Origin: Neophaeotheca triangularis
Taxonomy: Eukaryota
Length of the DNA: 64,000 nt
Direction of reading: 5' to 3'
Assembly (NCBI GenBank): GCA_054600435.1
Contig: BAAIJX010000032.1
Span: 124,001 to 188,000, forward strand
The position numbers and the translations under genes are program-made. Position 1 is the first letter of the stretch; every line of letters begins with the position of its first letter. Under the pieces are notes generated by a model. The model was not told where the DNA came from. It did not search any database and saw only the letters and a program-made list of their open reading frames with translations. Shown one piece after another: positions 13,363 through 26,630 of the stretch.

Positions 13363-14682
13363 TATCCAGACCTGATGGTGCTTTTTTCATGAGCTTTTTG
13401 TAAGGGGGAAGGGGCGTGGCGTTACGCGCTTAACGAATGTACATAATGTGGACACGACCCCCAGCGAGCGTTTAGGCGATTGATACGATCGTCGAAGAAC
13501 ATGATCGCTGGCCGGGAGCGCCACAGTATGCGCTGCTAATCTGTTATACCCAACTCTCGACGGCGATTCGAGGATAAGATAGGATGACGGTACGGAACGA
13601 ATTTCATCGAGGAAGGCAAGCTCTGCGTCGAGCTCGCTGACCCTTTGCTCTCCGCTTTGAACGCTCGTCCCAGCTTCACAGCTTTGCCCACCCACTCGCT
13701 CGAAACGATGCGTCGCCCTTCACGGAAGGTTCCAACTGTCAAGGTATCCTTGGACGATTCAGTGGTTGTTACCAAGAATTCACTGGCTCTCAAAGTCCTC
13801 CCTATTAATCTAGTGTGGCTTATTCAATATGGCATCAAGCTTATCGAAACGACAGCCAATTGACTCGCCTGGGATATCATCAATACAGCACAGTCAATCG
13901 GGACCTCGGAATCTTTCGCTCTCGCCCCTTCCAGGTTCCGATACAACCTCCAGAGTTCTCCATCCCTCTTGCAGTACCTGAAACCCAATTCGTCGACCCA
14001 AACTCAATGCTTACCTCACCGCTTTTTTGTCGACTTCGATGCACGCCATGGCCTGATAGCTACCGAGTGTCTGGGAACCTCCGGTATAAAGACTGTCGTT
14101 AAACATTGGAAAATAACTCAGCAATACTCTGGTCAGCGTCCCCAGCAGTTCCCACATGGTAGTCTTGAGCGCGATCGATGGACGAGACCGTCAGCGTTAC
14201 CTACCTTGGATCGCTTACGGCCTGCCTATGCTTCTACTCGGGCCAGGACCTCCTCGACCGTTCTCAACCTTCTTGCGTGAGTATTACCAGAAGAACATCA
14301 AGGTCAACCATTCTGCTGGAGGTGGCCGTAAGGTAGACAGCGTGCTGGAGATAACCCTTGTCGGCCCCTGAACAGCTTTGGCCCAGAGAGAACACAAACC
14401 ACATCATGGGTTGATAGTTGCCCATTTCGAGCCACGGATCGACGCAAAGTAAGTCATCACACCAGCCGTGTGTAGAACAATGGATCGCGATACGGAGTCC
14501 GGATAGGTTGTGAGCTCAACGCAATGAACGAAGCTTTAGCTTTCCCCTCATCACCCTCGTTCATATAACCCCCAGAGAGCGCCTGTGTTTTGGGCAGGCC
14601 TGCATACTACTAGGCGAAAGATTCTCGCCATTTCCCTACTCCCTCACTCGCTATTTCCAAAGCCTGCAGCGTGCTTGTCATT

Positions 14683-17600
14683 ATGCACGTCACACTCATG
14701 CTCGCTGCCCTCGCGGGCATTGCGGCTGCTGCTCCAGAGCCCCAGAACTTCAACTTCAATCTCATCTACGCCGTACCAGAGCATCATGACACCACGGCTG
14801 AGACTGTCGTCTACGACCCAACGGCCGTTCTCGAAGCGGCCAAACCCCAAATCACATCCGCAATAGACGATTCGCGTCGGCCTGCCGCGTCTAAAAAAGT
14901 CGAGAAGCGTGCCGCATGCGACTCCCAGCTTTCTGGGGCCAGTCGTGCCCCAACTGTGCCCAATGATGCTCAAGGCTTCCAGGCTAGTAACGAACTTGCC
15001 GCTACAGCCAATGGTGCCGTCACGCCCTCCGGTTATACTCTGCAGTTCTCCAACAAGCAGGCCAGCAACAAGTACGGTCAAATTGCAAGCCAAGGAAGAG
15101 CTGCTGGCGCTAACCGAGTTCCTCTAGTGCCTACGGTTATATGGGATACTCCAACCTCGACTCCTACGACACACAGCAGTGTGCAAGCCGATGCACCGAA
15201 TATGTTGGCTGCATGGGTAGGCTAAACACGTCTAGCACAGACAACGGTAACTGAGCACTGACAACTTCCGATAGCTTTCAACATCTTTTTCCAGCGAAAC
15301 CCTTCGGTGGAGCCGGCAGCTGCCTGCCAGAACCCTGCCCCTGTGACCAACATCAGATGTGTATACTGTTAGTATCAGAGGGTCGGCTCCGATCGGTAGC
15401 AATAGAATGCTGACCAGCTTGACAGGGGGTGGACCGGTCAGTGAAGCCAATTGCAACAACTACGGCGAGACTAGGGAGAATTTTCAAGTAGTCATTGCTG
15501 GTAGGTCAGCCAAGTGTATTTCTCGATCGAACGAGGCTCACAGACATTGCAGGATCCAATGGCTACCAGAACCAGGCTCTCGTCGAACCGAGTGGATCGC
15601 CCGAAGACTTCACAGCACCTCAGTCTCTCGACAACAAGGCCATCCACGCCCCATACGATGTCTACGGCTTCAACAGTTTCTTGGGAGAAACCATCTTCGG
15701 CGAAGGTCCTTTTGATATCAACTTGTGCGCCAAAGCCTGCGAGATGAAAACTCAGTACAACAGGGAGCACCCTCCTGCCGACGGCGGGCCTGTCCTTACG
15801 TGCAACTTTTTCAACACTTACCTTGTGTACATCAATACCATCGACAACGTGAAAGGTAGACATCCCAGGCGAAACATTCCTCGAAACTAAGCTAACTCCA
15901 AACCAACAGGCCAGTACTGCGCCATGTACACTGAGGCCTGGGGTCCCGAGTGGGCTACAAACGAGGGCCAATACTCCGGTGATGATCACTTCCTGATCAC
16001 AATGTCCTACTCCGCGGCCAGCAAGTCCAACCCGGGCTCGCCTTGCAAGGAATGCGCCGTCGCCCAAGCTTCCAGAGATATTGAATTCAACACGTATCAA
16101 CCCTTCTGCTCCGCTGTTCTCGGCTATACCACCGCCACCGCCGGCGCACCCACCACCACTCCGCCTCAGCTCACCCGCTACCCTGACGATATTGTATCTT
16201 CCGCATGCTCGCTTGAGGCTACGCCGCCGTCCCAGACGCAGAACACCGTCACAGCCACCACCTCTTCTCCATCCCAGACTTCGGGTTTGAGCAGTGCTAC
16301 CTCTTCCGTTTCCACCGTCATCAAGACAACATCGAGCTCGGTCTCTAGCGATTCCGGGGCGTCTAAACCCACGACATCTTCCACAAGCAATTCGGCTACC
16401 ATTAAGACTTCAAGCTCAACGGCCAGTGCTTCGAGCTCCAGCCAGAGCGGCGTGTCCCCGGTTCCTTCTTCCTCGCTCACGACGGCCAGGACATCGAGCT
16501 CCACCAAGAGCTCTTCAGTCTCAACGCCAGTCTCGAGTGTCTCGTCTCCACTTACTACGACTACCACGGTTACGACTTCAAATTCCTTGAGCCTCTCTAG
16601 CTTGAGCATCTCTAGCTTGAGCAGTGCGACACCGTCGACTTCGAGCTCCCTGGGCTCCTCGCTCAGCACCACTACGAGCACCAGCACGCGAGCCGCGACA
16701 TCCTCCACTGCCACTATTTTGACCCCAGGCTCGAGTGTCTCGTCTCCACTGACCACGACCACTACGGTTACGACTTCGAGTTCCATGAGCAGTGCGCCGA
16801 CACCGTCGACTTCGAGCTCCTTGGGCTCCTCGCTTAGCACCACTACGGGCACCAGCACGTCGGTCGCGACACCCTCTACTGCCACTGTTACCGTTAGGAC
16901 CTCGTCTTCTACCTCGAGTGTGGAGGCATCCTCGCCACCAACACCCTCCACTGTCACTGTCACCGCTAGGACTTCGTCTTCTACCTCGAGTGTAGTGACA
17001 CCGTCGTCTTCGAGCACAAGAACCCTTTCGAATACAAGCCCTGGAACATCGTCGACAAGCTCACTAGGTTCTTCGCTCGCTACTACTGCGAGCACCAGCA
17101 CGTCACTCGCGACAACCTCCACTGCCACTGTTACCGTTAGGACCTCATCTTCGACCTCGAGCGTTGACACGTCGAAGGCCCCCGTCTCCTCGGGTCTCTC
17201 GTCCAGCACGACTGCGAGCACGAGCACGAGCACGAGCGTCGCAACCCCTTCTACCACCACTGCTACCGTCAGTAAGTCTAGCTCCAGTGTGAGTGTCTCC
17301 ACCCCAGCAACCGCAACTACAACCGTCAGAAGCGGCGGTGTTACTTCCTCCACTCTCTCCTCCACCGTCACCAGGACCACTGGCACCGGACCTGAGCCCT
17401 CCAACACGAGCTCTGAGACACGCCAAACTTCAACTCTCCCATCCACCACCATTCGAACATCCACTACAACGACGGCCACCACCGCCAGAGCGCAGTGCAC
17501 AATCCCCGCCGAGACACTCCTCGTAGACTCCAACAACTGCGGCACCTGCGGCAACCACTGCCCATCCGGCAGCTCCTGCTACAACGGCGCCTGCGCCAAA

Positions 17601-18071
17601 AACTGCGCCGACGGAACAACCGTACAAAAATGCAAGTCCGAAGGCTTCTGCGGCAACGGCAGCAACAACTGCTACTGCAGCGGCACGACCGAAGGCTCCT
17701 CGACCTGCATCCGCTCCCAAGCCTTCCCGACATGTCAGTCGGCGACACGCTGCACGACGTCGTCGCAGTGCGGCAGCGGCCGCGCCTGCATCGTCAACAC
17801 TTGCTGCGACTTCAGCATCTGCGTCAACTTGCAGACGACCGATTGCCCCAATGGCGTCGCCCCTCGGAACATTTTCCGCAAGCGCCAGCAGGATCTCGAG
17901 TCGGCTTATCATGATGGTACCGGCGAGGTTGAGACTCCAAATTCGCTGCCGCCGTTGCCGGAAAGGTACTACGAGACGACTCGGGATGCGTCGACTGAGG
18001 ACTCTGCGCTGCCACCTGGGCCCAGAAAGGCACAGACTCTGAACGAGGTGGATGAGAAATGGGAGCGCTAG
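14683..18071 (+). CDS. Large multi-exon secreted protein: two Cys-containing N-terminal domains, Ser/Thr-rich stalk, Cys-rich C-terminal region
   Basis: Signal peptide MHVTLMLAALAGIAAA. Several short GT-AG introns between 15073 and 15910 link the exon ORFs (YGYMGYSNLDSYDTQQCASRC, FNIFFQRNPS, FQVVIAG-SNGY, TCNFFNTY, GQYCAMY). The last exon is 715 aa. Confidence 0.75.
16530..17260 (+). repeat. Internal in-frame tandem duplications encoding the S/T stalk
   Basis: TCGAGTGTCTCGTCTCCACT..ACGGTTACGACTTC occurs near 16533 and 16731. The unit encoding TSSSLGSSLSTT(T/A)STS recurs about 3 times, as does TVTVRTSSSTSSV. Confidence 0.75.
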
Positions 18072-18584
18072 GGGCGGAATGTAGATTGAGGGGGTGTCGG
18101 GCGGTTGTAATGGTGTAGTCGGGTGGTGTAGATCGATTTGCACGTTGCAAAGGGAGTTGTTCTGGAAGTCTTGAGGTCTTGAATCTGATGTGGATGCATC
18201 GCTCCTGCTTTTCTAATGTCAATGCTTTCCAGCCGTGTTTGTCAGCTACATTGCGAGCTTTTTTGATTTCCCGCTATACACTTGCGTAGTAGAGGTTGGT
18301 AAGAGAGCTTCGAGCCTTCACAGATAATCCAGAAAGAGACTCCGGTTAGATTAGCAGAAGCGGCGGTCGCGGGGTTGAGTTAGCGGAGAGAGAGTACAGC
18401 AGATACACTAACGTGGTTGTGGGAGCACGAGACTAGCAGTGATAGCGATGCGGTTTGATTGACTTGTATAAGGGCAGTATCCACATAATCTCCTTCTCGT
18501 CGCTCAATTTTCACGCGCTCGGAAAGCTTTCCTCCGCTCACTGACAATCTCTAGACATCGTCTGCGCTGCCTGTCAACAACATC

Positions 18585-20432
18585 CTACACTCCTTCCCTG
18601 CTTCCGGTCGATCTCGTATTTGCCAGCATAATCTCCTCGGGGTCCCAGGTACTCGCCCACCTCCCACTCTCATCCCGCGTCGAGGTCATTTCCATCGTGT
18701 TCGCTTCATAGAACTTTGGATTATCGTCACTGGAAGTGTCCTCGACAAGCGACGCGCGCCTCGAGACGGCTGGCGTCGCTGCAGCCGATACGTTGTTCGA
18801 CCGAACCCTCTCTTCTCTTATTTGCTCGCGTTCGTCGGCCAGAGACTGCGCGAACTTGCTCTTCCTCCTGATCGACTCGCCCTTGATGTAGAAGACGTAC
18901 ACAGGAATGGCCAGGACGGCTGCAATGCCGCTTAAGATGAAGGAGGGGATGGCCAGTTGCCAGCCAAGGCTCCGTTGGTTGAAATGCGTGTAGAACGGTC
19001 GAGCGTAAAAGGCCGCCACGCCTGCGAGTAGATCGCGAGCAAAGCCGTTGCCTCCTGTTGCAGATGCCGAGTACGGGCCATAAGCGGCTACCATGTAGTC
19101 GATTGAAGCGAGGTAGATGGCGAAGTTGGCGATGCCGATGGGGATCGTGCAAAGTAGGGGTGCGATCCAAGGGATGTTCCTTTCGGGTCCGAGCGAGCAC
19201 CAGGCAAACATGAAGAGGCCGATCGTTTCCAGAGGAACGAGCCAGAGGAGTAGCCAAAGGCGGCGTTCGGGTTTGTAAGGCTCGCCGGCGCGCATAATCT
19301 TGCGGTCGAGATTGTAACGCGGCAGGAAGGCGAAGTAGCCGATGAGGTATGACAGCAAGAGAGGTATGAACGCGAGTCCGGTCTGTACAACGGTAAAGTC
19401 CCACTGTTTCAGCACGAGACCGAAGGAATCCAGTGCTGTGAAGATGAGGGCATCGCTAAACCCGCTAAGCAGTGACAACCAGGTAACAATGGGCTCGGTA
19501 ATCAGGAATTGGTAAGGGCGCCACATGATAACTGCGACGTTCTTCAGAGTCATGCGTTGCCAAATGTTTCCGCGAATCTCGTTTGGGCCCCTGACGTTGG
19601 CGTCGGGACCGTTCGTTCCCTGAGCGGCTTTGCGCTTTCTCCTGGCCTCCTTGTCGAGCAGACAGTCGCTCCGTGTCTCTGGGGTGAAAAAGTGGATGAT
19701 TTGCGTAACAACTCCGAATATCAAGGCGACCCAGAAAACCCAAGGCCAGTCGAGGTACTGAGTGATGAAGCCTCCCAAAATGGGCGCGAGCACGGAGCCA
19801 GCGCAGGATGAGAGAACGACATAGTTGACCGCATGTTGTTGCTCATTCGGTTCCCACATGTCGGCAACCATGCCGAGAGTGACAGAACCACCGGCCGAGG
19901 ACAGGCCACCTAGGATCCTCCCGGCTATGATGGAGTTGAACGATGGTGCGAGCGCGCAAGGCAGCTGCCAGAGATTGACGAGAAACAAGCTGATCTGCAG
20001 AATCTTCCAGCGGCCCAGTTCTTCAGACCAGGGTGCCCAGAGTTCGCAACCAATGGCATACATGATCAGGAACAAGGCTTGAGGCAGATGTGCCTTGGTT
20101 TTTGAGATGCCGAATTCCTCTTCCAAGCCAGGGATGGCGTTTGCGTAGACAGCGGCGTTGAAGTTCATGCTCAGCTGTACAAGAAAGACAGCGGTGATGA
20201 TGCTCCACTTTTTGGTCCAAGAGAAGTTGTAACCCAGGCAGCTGTATGCGTTGACCTCTGTAAGAACATTGGAATTCGTGCCGAAGTCGTCATTGATGAG
20301 TGTCACGGTGGATGTGGCCGCGACAGCAGCATCCTGCTTATCGCCTCGGTGGCGGACCATATTGGAAGCTGCGCTTCTCCAGAACCTGCTTTTGCGTGGT
20401 TGTTCAGAACCGAGCACTTGGGGGCGCTCCAT
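18585..20432 (-). CDS. MFS drug:H+ antiporter (DHA1-type) transporter
   Basis: About 12 hydrophobic segments and motifs FSWTKKW, ELWAPWSEELGRW and SAGGSVTLGMVADMW. The probable ATG is at 20432. Confidence 0.88.
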   Translation of the reverse strand: MERPQVLGSEQPRKSRFWRSAASNMVRHRGDKQDAAVAATSTVTLINDDFGTNSNVLTEVNAYSCLGYNFSWTKKWSIITAVFLVQLSMNFNAAVYANAIPGLEEEFGISKTKAHLPQALFLIMYAIGCELWAPWSEELGRWKILQISLFLVNLWQLPCALAPSFNSIIAGRILGGLSSAGGSVTLGMVADMWEPNEQQHAVNYVVLSSCAGSVLAPILGGFITQYLDWPWVFWVALIFGVVTQIIHFFTPETRSDCLLDKEARRKRKAAQGTNGPDANVRGPNEIRGNIWQRMTLKNVAVIMWRPYQFLITEPIVTWLSLLSGFSDALIFTALDSFGLVLKQWDFTVVQTGLAFIPLLLSYLIGYFAFLPRYNLDRKIMRAGEPYKPERRLWLLLWLVPLETIGLFMFAWCSLGPERNIPWIAPLLCTIPIGIANFAIYLASIDYMVAAYGPYSASATGGNGFARDLLAGVAAFYARPFYTHFNQRSLGWQLAIPSFILSGIAAVLAIPVYVFYIKGESIRRKSKFAQSLADEREQIREERVRSNNVSAAATPAVSRRASLVEDTSSDDNPKFYEANTMEMTSTRDESGRWASTWDPEEIMLANTRSTGSREGV

Positions 20433-21703
20433 GTTGCAGAGTGGTCTTAAGGATGGACGTGAGAATGGTCGGTGTGAATGTTGATGGTGGATAGAATACT
20501 TGGTAGACAAATTGAGAGCGCTCCCCTTTTGTACCGGCGAGAAATGGAGGCTACCCCGTGGATATGAAGACATCTGAGATGGGGGTTGGAATTGAGGACA
20601 GCGGAGTACTTAGCTCTGCAGCTTTACTTTTCGTCGCCATTGCTAGCCCAGTACTTTGGGAGCATACTAATCACTCTGGCTCCGAATTTGGCAATGGTCA
20701 CACAGCGCAGCCTATAGGAATAGAGGTATTTCTTGTTCAATAGAACCTTAAACGCTGCTTTGCTCGTCGATTTATTATCCTCTAAGATTCCAGCAAGAGC
20801 TATGCTGTCCGCTCATTACAGGCAATTTGGCGAGCTACATCGCCCCGAGTCGAAGAAGATGCAGCAGCACTCCATTCTCTCAAAGGCTTAAAGAGGAAGA
20901 AAGGACGTTGTTGTGGCTCACGTTAGGTGTCCCATCTGCTCTGATTTTGCTGAGCATATCCGTGACATCCCAATGTGCGACTAGCGTAGAGAATCCTTCG
21001 GTCAGTGATTGTTATGTCGAGGAGGTGGAGGTACTGTAGGTAAAAAAGGTAAGGTAGCCTACATAAGGTACTACCTTAGTTACCAGACCCAGAGCAAGCG
21101 ACGTCGAGACTACCTTAGGTGAGAGACTTGGCGTTATCACGTGGAAGACATCCGGGTCGTGCCGGCGGCGGTATGACGACTGTTGGCCTGGGCAAGCCGG
21201 CTGCGGGACGAGCTAGGTGAGTAGGGTGAGGTGCAGGTGCAGGTGGATTGCGACCGTCTCGAAGCTGGAAGCTTCCCGTCGGTGATTCTGGAGTTGAATG
21301 AGGTGAAGTGACTTGAAGACGTAACTTACTTACACTTCCTTGTACCTAACCCAGAGAGGTGACATTGGCGACGCGCACGTCTGATTCTTACACCTACCTT
21401 TACCCCCCACTGCGCCATCTTTCCATTGCCACACACATCTCCTTCATCTCAGCACGACACGCTGTCACGGGACCATTCTTGTTTTGTTCATTCACTGCCC
21501 GGCTTGACACCATTGCGCCAATACCCGAGCCCAGCCACCGCGACCGCATCACCTCACATCTTCCTGCTGTTCCTCCCGGCGCAACCACAACAAGGACATA
21601 CCTTCCTAGACGAGCCATTGCTGCGACGACAGCAATCTTTCCTCCTCCCTCGGCGACGTCCATCTCAGTCTAAGGCTGCCCTTGAGCAGACACAGACTTC
21701 GTC

Positions 21704-23758
21704 ATGTCGGGTGTCTTGCGAAGCGTGAAGAACGTCACAAAGGGCTACTCTTCAGTACAGGTAAAGGTTCGCAATGGTGAGTCTGGACACCCTGCGATTG
21801 GACTCGGTGGAAGCAGAATGGTGACTGACAGCCCAATCTAGCGACGAGCAACGATCCGTGGGGTCCCACGGGGACCGACATGGCAGACATTGCAAAGATC
21901 ACCTACAATAGGTTGGTACCCTCCATGCGCGACTGTAAAAGGTCGCACTTGCATAGCCCGCGAACTTGTCGAGGGCCCACCGAAGACTATGCGCTAACCC
22001 ATGACCTCCCCATGAACAGTTCCACCGATTTCTACGAAGTCATGGACATGCTCGATAAGCGGTTGAACGACAAAGGCAAGAATTGGCGCCATGTACTCAA
22101 GAGTTTAAAAGTGCTGGACTACTGTTTGCACGAAGGCTCCGAGCTTGTCGTGACTTGGGCGAGGAAGAACATCTACATCATCAAGACCTTGCGCGAATTC
22201 ATGTACCTCGATGAGGAAGGCCGGGACGTTGGCGCGAGCAGTAAGTTTGCAGGACTGCAGTTTTTGCCAGCATACATGCTAATGCCGTATAGTTCGCCAT
22301 TCCGCGAAAGAGCTTAGCTCCCTCATCATGGATGAAGAGCGGTTACGCGGCGAAAGAGCTAACCGAGGATCCTGGAAATCGCGTGTGACCGGACTCGAAG
22401 ATGCGCCTGGTGGAATGGAAGGTTATGCTGGAGGCAGTGGAAATGTCGGAGGGGATATGCCACCAAGAAACGCACGCCGGCAACGCAACAACACGTCCAA
22501 CGATGATAACGATCTCGAATATCGACTTGCGCTTGAGGCTAGCAAGAACGAGGCAGAGTTGGAAGCTGCGAGGAGGAAAGGTGGTGGAGGAGGCGGCGGT
22601 GCGGGCGAGGCCGACAACGATGACGACCTGGCAAAGGCGTTGAAGCTGAGCAAAGAGGAGGAAGATTTGAGGAAGCGCGAGCTGGAAGATCAAAACCAGT
22701 CGAACCTCCTGTTCGACGACACTCCGGCTCAAGCACCACAGCCGACCGGCTTCAACCAGGGATACCAGCAGCAAGCCGCCGTCGACTGGTTTGGCAACCC
22801 GGTGGATCAACAGCAACAGCAACAACAGCAGCCCCAACAGACTGGTTTCTTGAACAATGCTTACAGTCAGCCGACCGGGATGCAGCCACAGCAGACTGAT
22901 TTCCAGAATGGATACGGCGGTGGCTTCGGTTACCAGCAGCCCCAGCAGACCGGGTTCCAACAGCCCCAGCAGCAGTACATGCAGCCGCAAAACACTTACA
23001 ACCCTTGGGCGCAAAACATGAGCGGCATGGGCCAGCAGCAGCAGCAACCAATGCAACCGCAGCAAACTGCATCGGCTGGTTCCAATAACCCCTGGGCGTC
23101 AGCCAACCCAACAGGGACGCCGATTCAAGCACAGCCAACTGGCTCCAACAACCCATTCGCTACCAATCGACCACAACAGCAACAAACTCAAAGCCCGCGA
23201 GCCCCCACTCTGTCATCGCTTCAAGAGCAACACACGGCGCAGCAATTCAACAATCGACCGAACCCTATCCAGAACTTCTCCGCACCACAGCAGCCGCAAC
23301 AACAGCCTTCCCCCATGCAACCACAAAAGACACAAGACCCGTACCAATCCCAACTCAACACGCTCCTGGGCAGCCACGATGGCCAAGACACTTTCGGCAA
23401 CAGTGGCAACCTGCGAATCCCGGCCCAGCACACAGCTCCTGGCACTTTCATCAACTCCGCCGGCACAGGATCAATGGGTAGACTCGAAGCCTCGAAAACG
23501 GGTACAAACCCTTTCTTCTCGCAGCAGGGTGGACAGCAGCAGCAGGTGCAGCCCATGCAGAACCAATTCACCGGCATGTCGCAGCCGCAATACCAGCAAT
23601 CGCCATTCGGCCAGCAACAGCAGCAGCAGCAGCAGCAACAACCGCAGCAGCAGTTCCCGGCACAGACAGGCCCGGCTTTCGGCAGCTCGAATCCGTTTGG
23701 CGCGCAGAGGCCGCAGCAGGGGCAGGGTGGACAGGGTGGGAGTTTGATCGATCTATGA
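21704..23758 (+). CDS. ent1: Epsin (ENTH domain, UIMs, NPF motifs), 4 exons
   Basis: MSGVLRSVKNVTKGYSSVQVKVRN/ATSNDPWGP, RLNDKGKNWRHVLKSLKVLDYCL, two UIM-like helices (LALEASK, KALKLSK), NPF/NPW motifs and C-terminal clathrin box LIDL. Confidence 0.92.
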
Positions 23759-24457
23759 CGAGGGCAGGGTTTAGTACGAAGGCATATGTGAGGGCAGAGA
23801 GAGCTGGTCGGTTTATGAAAGTGTGCATTGTTATTTCGAGAGATTAGTGGGTGTGCCACAGGCGGGAGTCAAAATTGGCCTATGTGTATAGTTTGCTTTT
23901 GAAATATCCATAGGGCTGGGCAATGCTATGTCTTGACTGTGGAGAGCGAGCAAGGATAGTTTTTGCCGAGACCTTCTGAGATGCTGCAAAGATGGTCGTG
24001 CCGTCAGTTCTTCGAGGGGGAAATGTCTTCACTTGCTTGTTCCCATGGCTGACGGATCTTCGATAGCGGTTTTGAGTTCGAGCTGCCATTTTGTTAGAAC
24101 AGTGCTGTTCTCCGAAAGTGGCAACATACAATGCTGCGCGAGGGTCGCTGTTGCTGATAAATGAGGACGACACCTGTGATCTCGCTCCTTTGTACGGCCT
24201 TGAAATTCTCGATAGTGAAACAAATCGAATAATAGGTAGGGTAACAGGTGGCTAAAGAGGCTACGCGCACTCCGCCGATTGTCTTCTCGATCCGAAAACC
24301 TCCTTTGTCCATTGACGTTCTATTTGATAGAACCAATTTGAAGGGATCCGACCAATCCGTCCTTCGAACGCCCATCAGGGGCACAGTGCACCAGACTCCT
24401 CGCTTAACGGCAACATTATCCAAAGAAAGCACATGGCAAACCCCCCCTAGATCCTCC

Positions 24458-25429
24458 TTAGTTCTTATTCCTCTTACTCCTCCTCGCACCACCAGTAGCC
24501 TGAGAGCCTTCCCTAGCCGTCTTGTTCGTCTCATGCTTCGCAGCCGTAGCAGCAAAAGCGTCCTCCGACGGCTCCTCGACCTCAACACCACGCTTCTTCC
24601 CCCTCTTCGACTCACCCCCAGCATACTTCTCCTCCAATCCCTGCAGGAAAGCAGCCCCGCGCCCCATCTGTCTACCCTGAATAAGCGCAGCCAAATCACC
24701 CTCCCCATCTCCCTTCTTCCCCTTCCCACCCCTCCGCTTCTCCTCCGCAGCCTCAAACCGCTCCTCGTGTTTTCCCTTCTCCCTCTCCGCCCGCGCCTTC
24801 TCCTTCTTCGCCTTCTTCACCCGCGCCTCCCGACTCTTCACGCTTTCCTCTGTATACCTGGGATGCGGGCTCACCTCCCCGCTCCCCAGCGCATCGTCAA
24901 TAATCGCGCGAAACCGCTCCTCATCATCCGCAGCATCACTGAGCATGACCTTCTGATACAACTTATTCATGTTGCCCTCAAACTCCTCAAAAGCCGCCAA
25001 CACGTCTTCGCGCTCCTCGTCACTGCCCTTGTACTTGTCGCTGAAGGAAGTGATGGCCTCCCGCGTCACGGCGCCGGCGAACTGCTCGCGGTAGAAAGTC
25101 GCCCAGTCGAAGTCATCGTCGTCCAGATCCAGGGATTCTTCCGTGGAGCCCGTGGCATCGTAGCGTTTGCGCCGGCGCTCGTCGGAGAGGATGGCGTACG
25201 CGAAGGCCACTTGTTGGAATTTCGTATGCGCGGTTTCTCTTTCCGCGTCGCTGGCTTTGTCTGGGTGGTACTTGAGGGCGGCGCGTTTGTAGGCCTTTTT
25301 CACCTCTTCCGCGCTCGCATCGTTGGTGAGGGAGAGTACTTGGTAGGGGTTGATGGAGGTTGGGGCTACGTCGATTTCGAGCTCGTCGTCATTGGGTGAG
25401 GCGGAGATGTCTTTTTTACCGCGCGCCAT
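24458..25429 (-). CDS. DnaJ-domain protein (DNAJC9-like)
   Basis: J domain with HPD (ALKYHPDK...YAILSDERRRKRYDATG), YKGSDEEREDVLAAF and a basic C-terminus. Confidence 0.88.
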   Translation of the reverse strand: MARGKKDISASPNDDELEIDVAPTSINPYQVLSLTNDASAEEVKKAYKRAALKYHPDKASDAERETAHTKFQQVAFAYAILSDERRRKRYDATGSTEESLDLDDDDFDWATFYREQFAGAVTREAITSFSDKYKGSDEEREDVLAAFEEFEGNMNKLYQKVMLSDAADDEERFRAIIDDALGSGEVSPHPRYTEESVKSREARVKKAKKEKARAEREKGKHEERFEAAEEKRRGGKGKKGDGEGDLAALIQGRQMGRGAAFLQGLEEKYAGGESKRGKKRGVEVEEPSEDAFAATAAKHETNKTAREGSQATGGARRSKRNKN

Positions 25430-25623
25430 TGTTTCGATTTCAAAGGTTGTTTGTTTGTCGGTTTTGAGGTGTTTGTGTCTACCACGAGAGTGATGTAGGT
25501 AAATTCATGTACGAGGTGCCAATGCTGGTCAGCCGGATCTGAAGACGTCGGCAGTGGTTGGATGGCACGCGTTGCAGCGCGCTTGCCGATCACCTTTTAT
25601 CTCTACGGCCCAGACTCGACTAG

Positions 25624-25663
25624 GACGGTCACCCAAGCATACCCAGCGACGGATTTCTTTCCC
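25624..25663 (+). repeat. Left TIR GACGGTCACCCAAGCATACCCAGCGACGGATTTCTTTCCC
   Basis: Exact reverse complement of 31197-31236. Confidence 0.95.
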
Positions 25664-25794
25664 CGCGGGCCTGCCGAACTTTTGAACTTCTTTCATTCTC
25701 TCTAAAGTCCTACTCTCTCTCTATTCACATACTATTCACACCTTTGTTATAATCTCCAACGTCCTCGACTTCTTTCATAGCGCAAATTGCGAAT

Positions 25795-26630
25795 ATGGCC
25801 GTATGCGGCCTAAGGCATCCTTTGTTTACGCATCATGCGCGCGCCTTAAAGTCGCGACCTCACTACTTTGAAAACCACCTTCCATACTACTACCACCACT
25901 ACTACCACTACTATTACCGGTCCCTTTACTCGATCACACTAAGCCTACCTCGTTAGGGTATAGTAGTTATAGTCTATTAAGCATCTACTAGCTTATAGGC
26001 TATATATCATACTAATAAAACTACTAGCTAAAATTTACTCGCTATACCCCCTAAAAAGTAGGTGTTTTTTCCTAAATTAAACACCTTTCAAGCACACTCT
26101 ATATTAACTTACGTATAAATAGACGTAAAGTTAGTCCCGAGCTAGACCTAAGCGATATTACTATCTACGACCTTAAAAGGCTCCGCCGCCCTAAAACTAC
26201 TAACTCGAGCGACTTTTAGTTTATAAAGTAAGAGACTTAGAGCGAGTAGCTTATCGAGTTAAAGGTAGGGGCTATACATAAAAATACGGCTAATAAGTTA
26301 AGGAAGTTTGCTATAGCTAGTGAGATTATAGAGGATAAGGAGATTAGGATAGATATAGTAGAGCCTTACTCGGAGTATACTCGCTATAGCAATTAGCTAC
26401 CTTACTATGTTTATAAGCGCGTTAAGCTCGAGAGCGGCGTAGTAGTAGATAAGGGGGAGACATACGCGCTTTACAAAAGGTAGAGTAAGTCTCGCTATAC
26501 TACTAACCGTAATAAGAGTCCCCCCTCTATTAAGGAGCGATTGTAGCTAGCGGAGGCTACGATCTAGACTCTCTCTACTAGAATCCGTACGCTCGAGTTT
26601 AGGAGGCCTAGTACCTAAGTAAGGGGAGGT
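25795..26630 (+). pseudogene. Possible third RIP-degraded ORF of the transposon
   Basis: Coding-like stretch (EIIEDKEIRIDIVEPYSEY...KRVKLESGVVVDKGETYALYKR) with scattered TAG stops. It converges on the A-rich centre of the element. Boundaries are approximate. Confidence 0.35.

Noticed and set aside
13400..14600. Short ORFs between the two secreted-protein genes
   Set aside because: No recognisable motif or consistent splice structure. It may be a decayed gene, but this cannot be supported from the sequence.
16178..17554. 458-aa minus-strand Val/Glu-rich ORF
   Set aside because: Antisense shadow of the Ser/Thr repeat exon.
24248..25399. 383-aa plus-strand Leu-rich ORF
   Set aside because: Antisense to the DnaJ gene, and its composition mirrors that gene's Glu/Lys codons.
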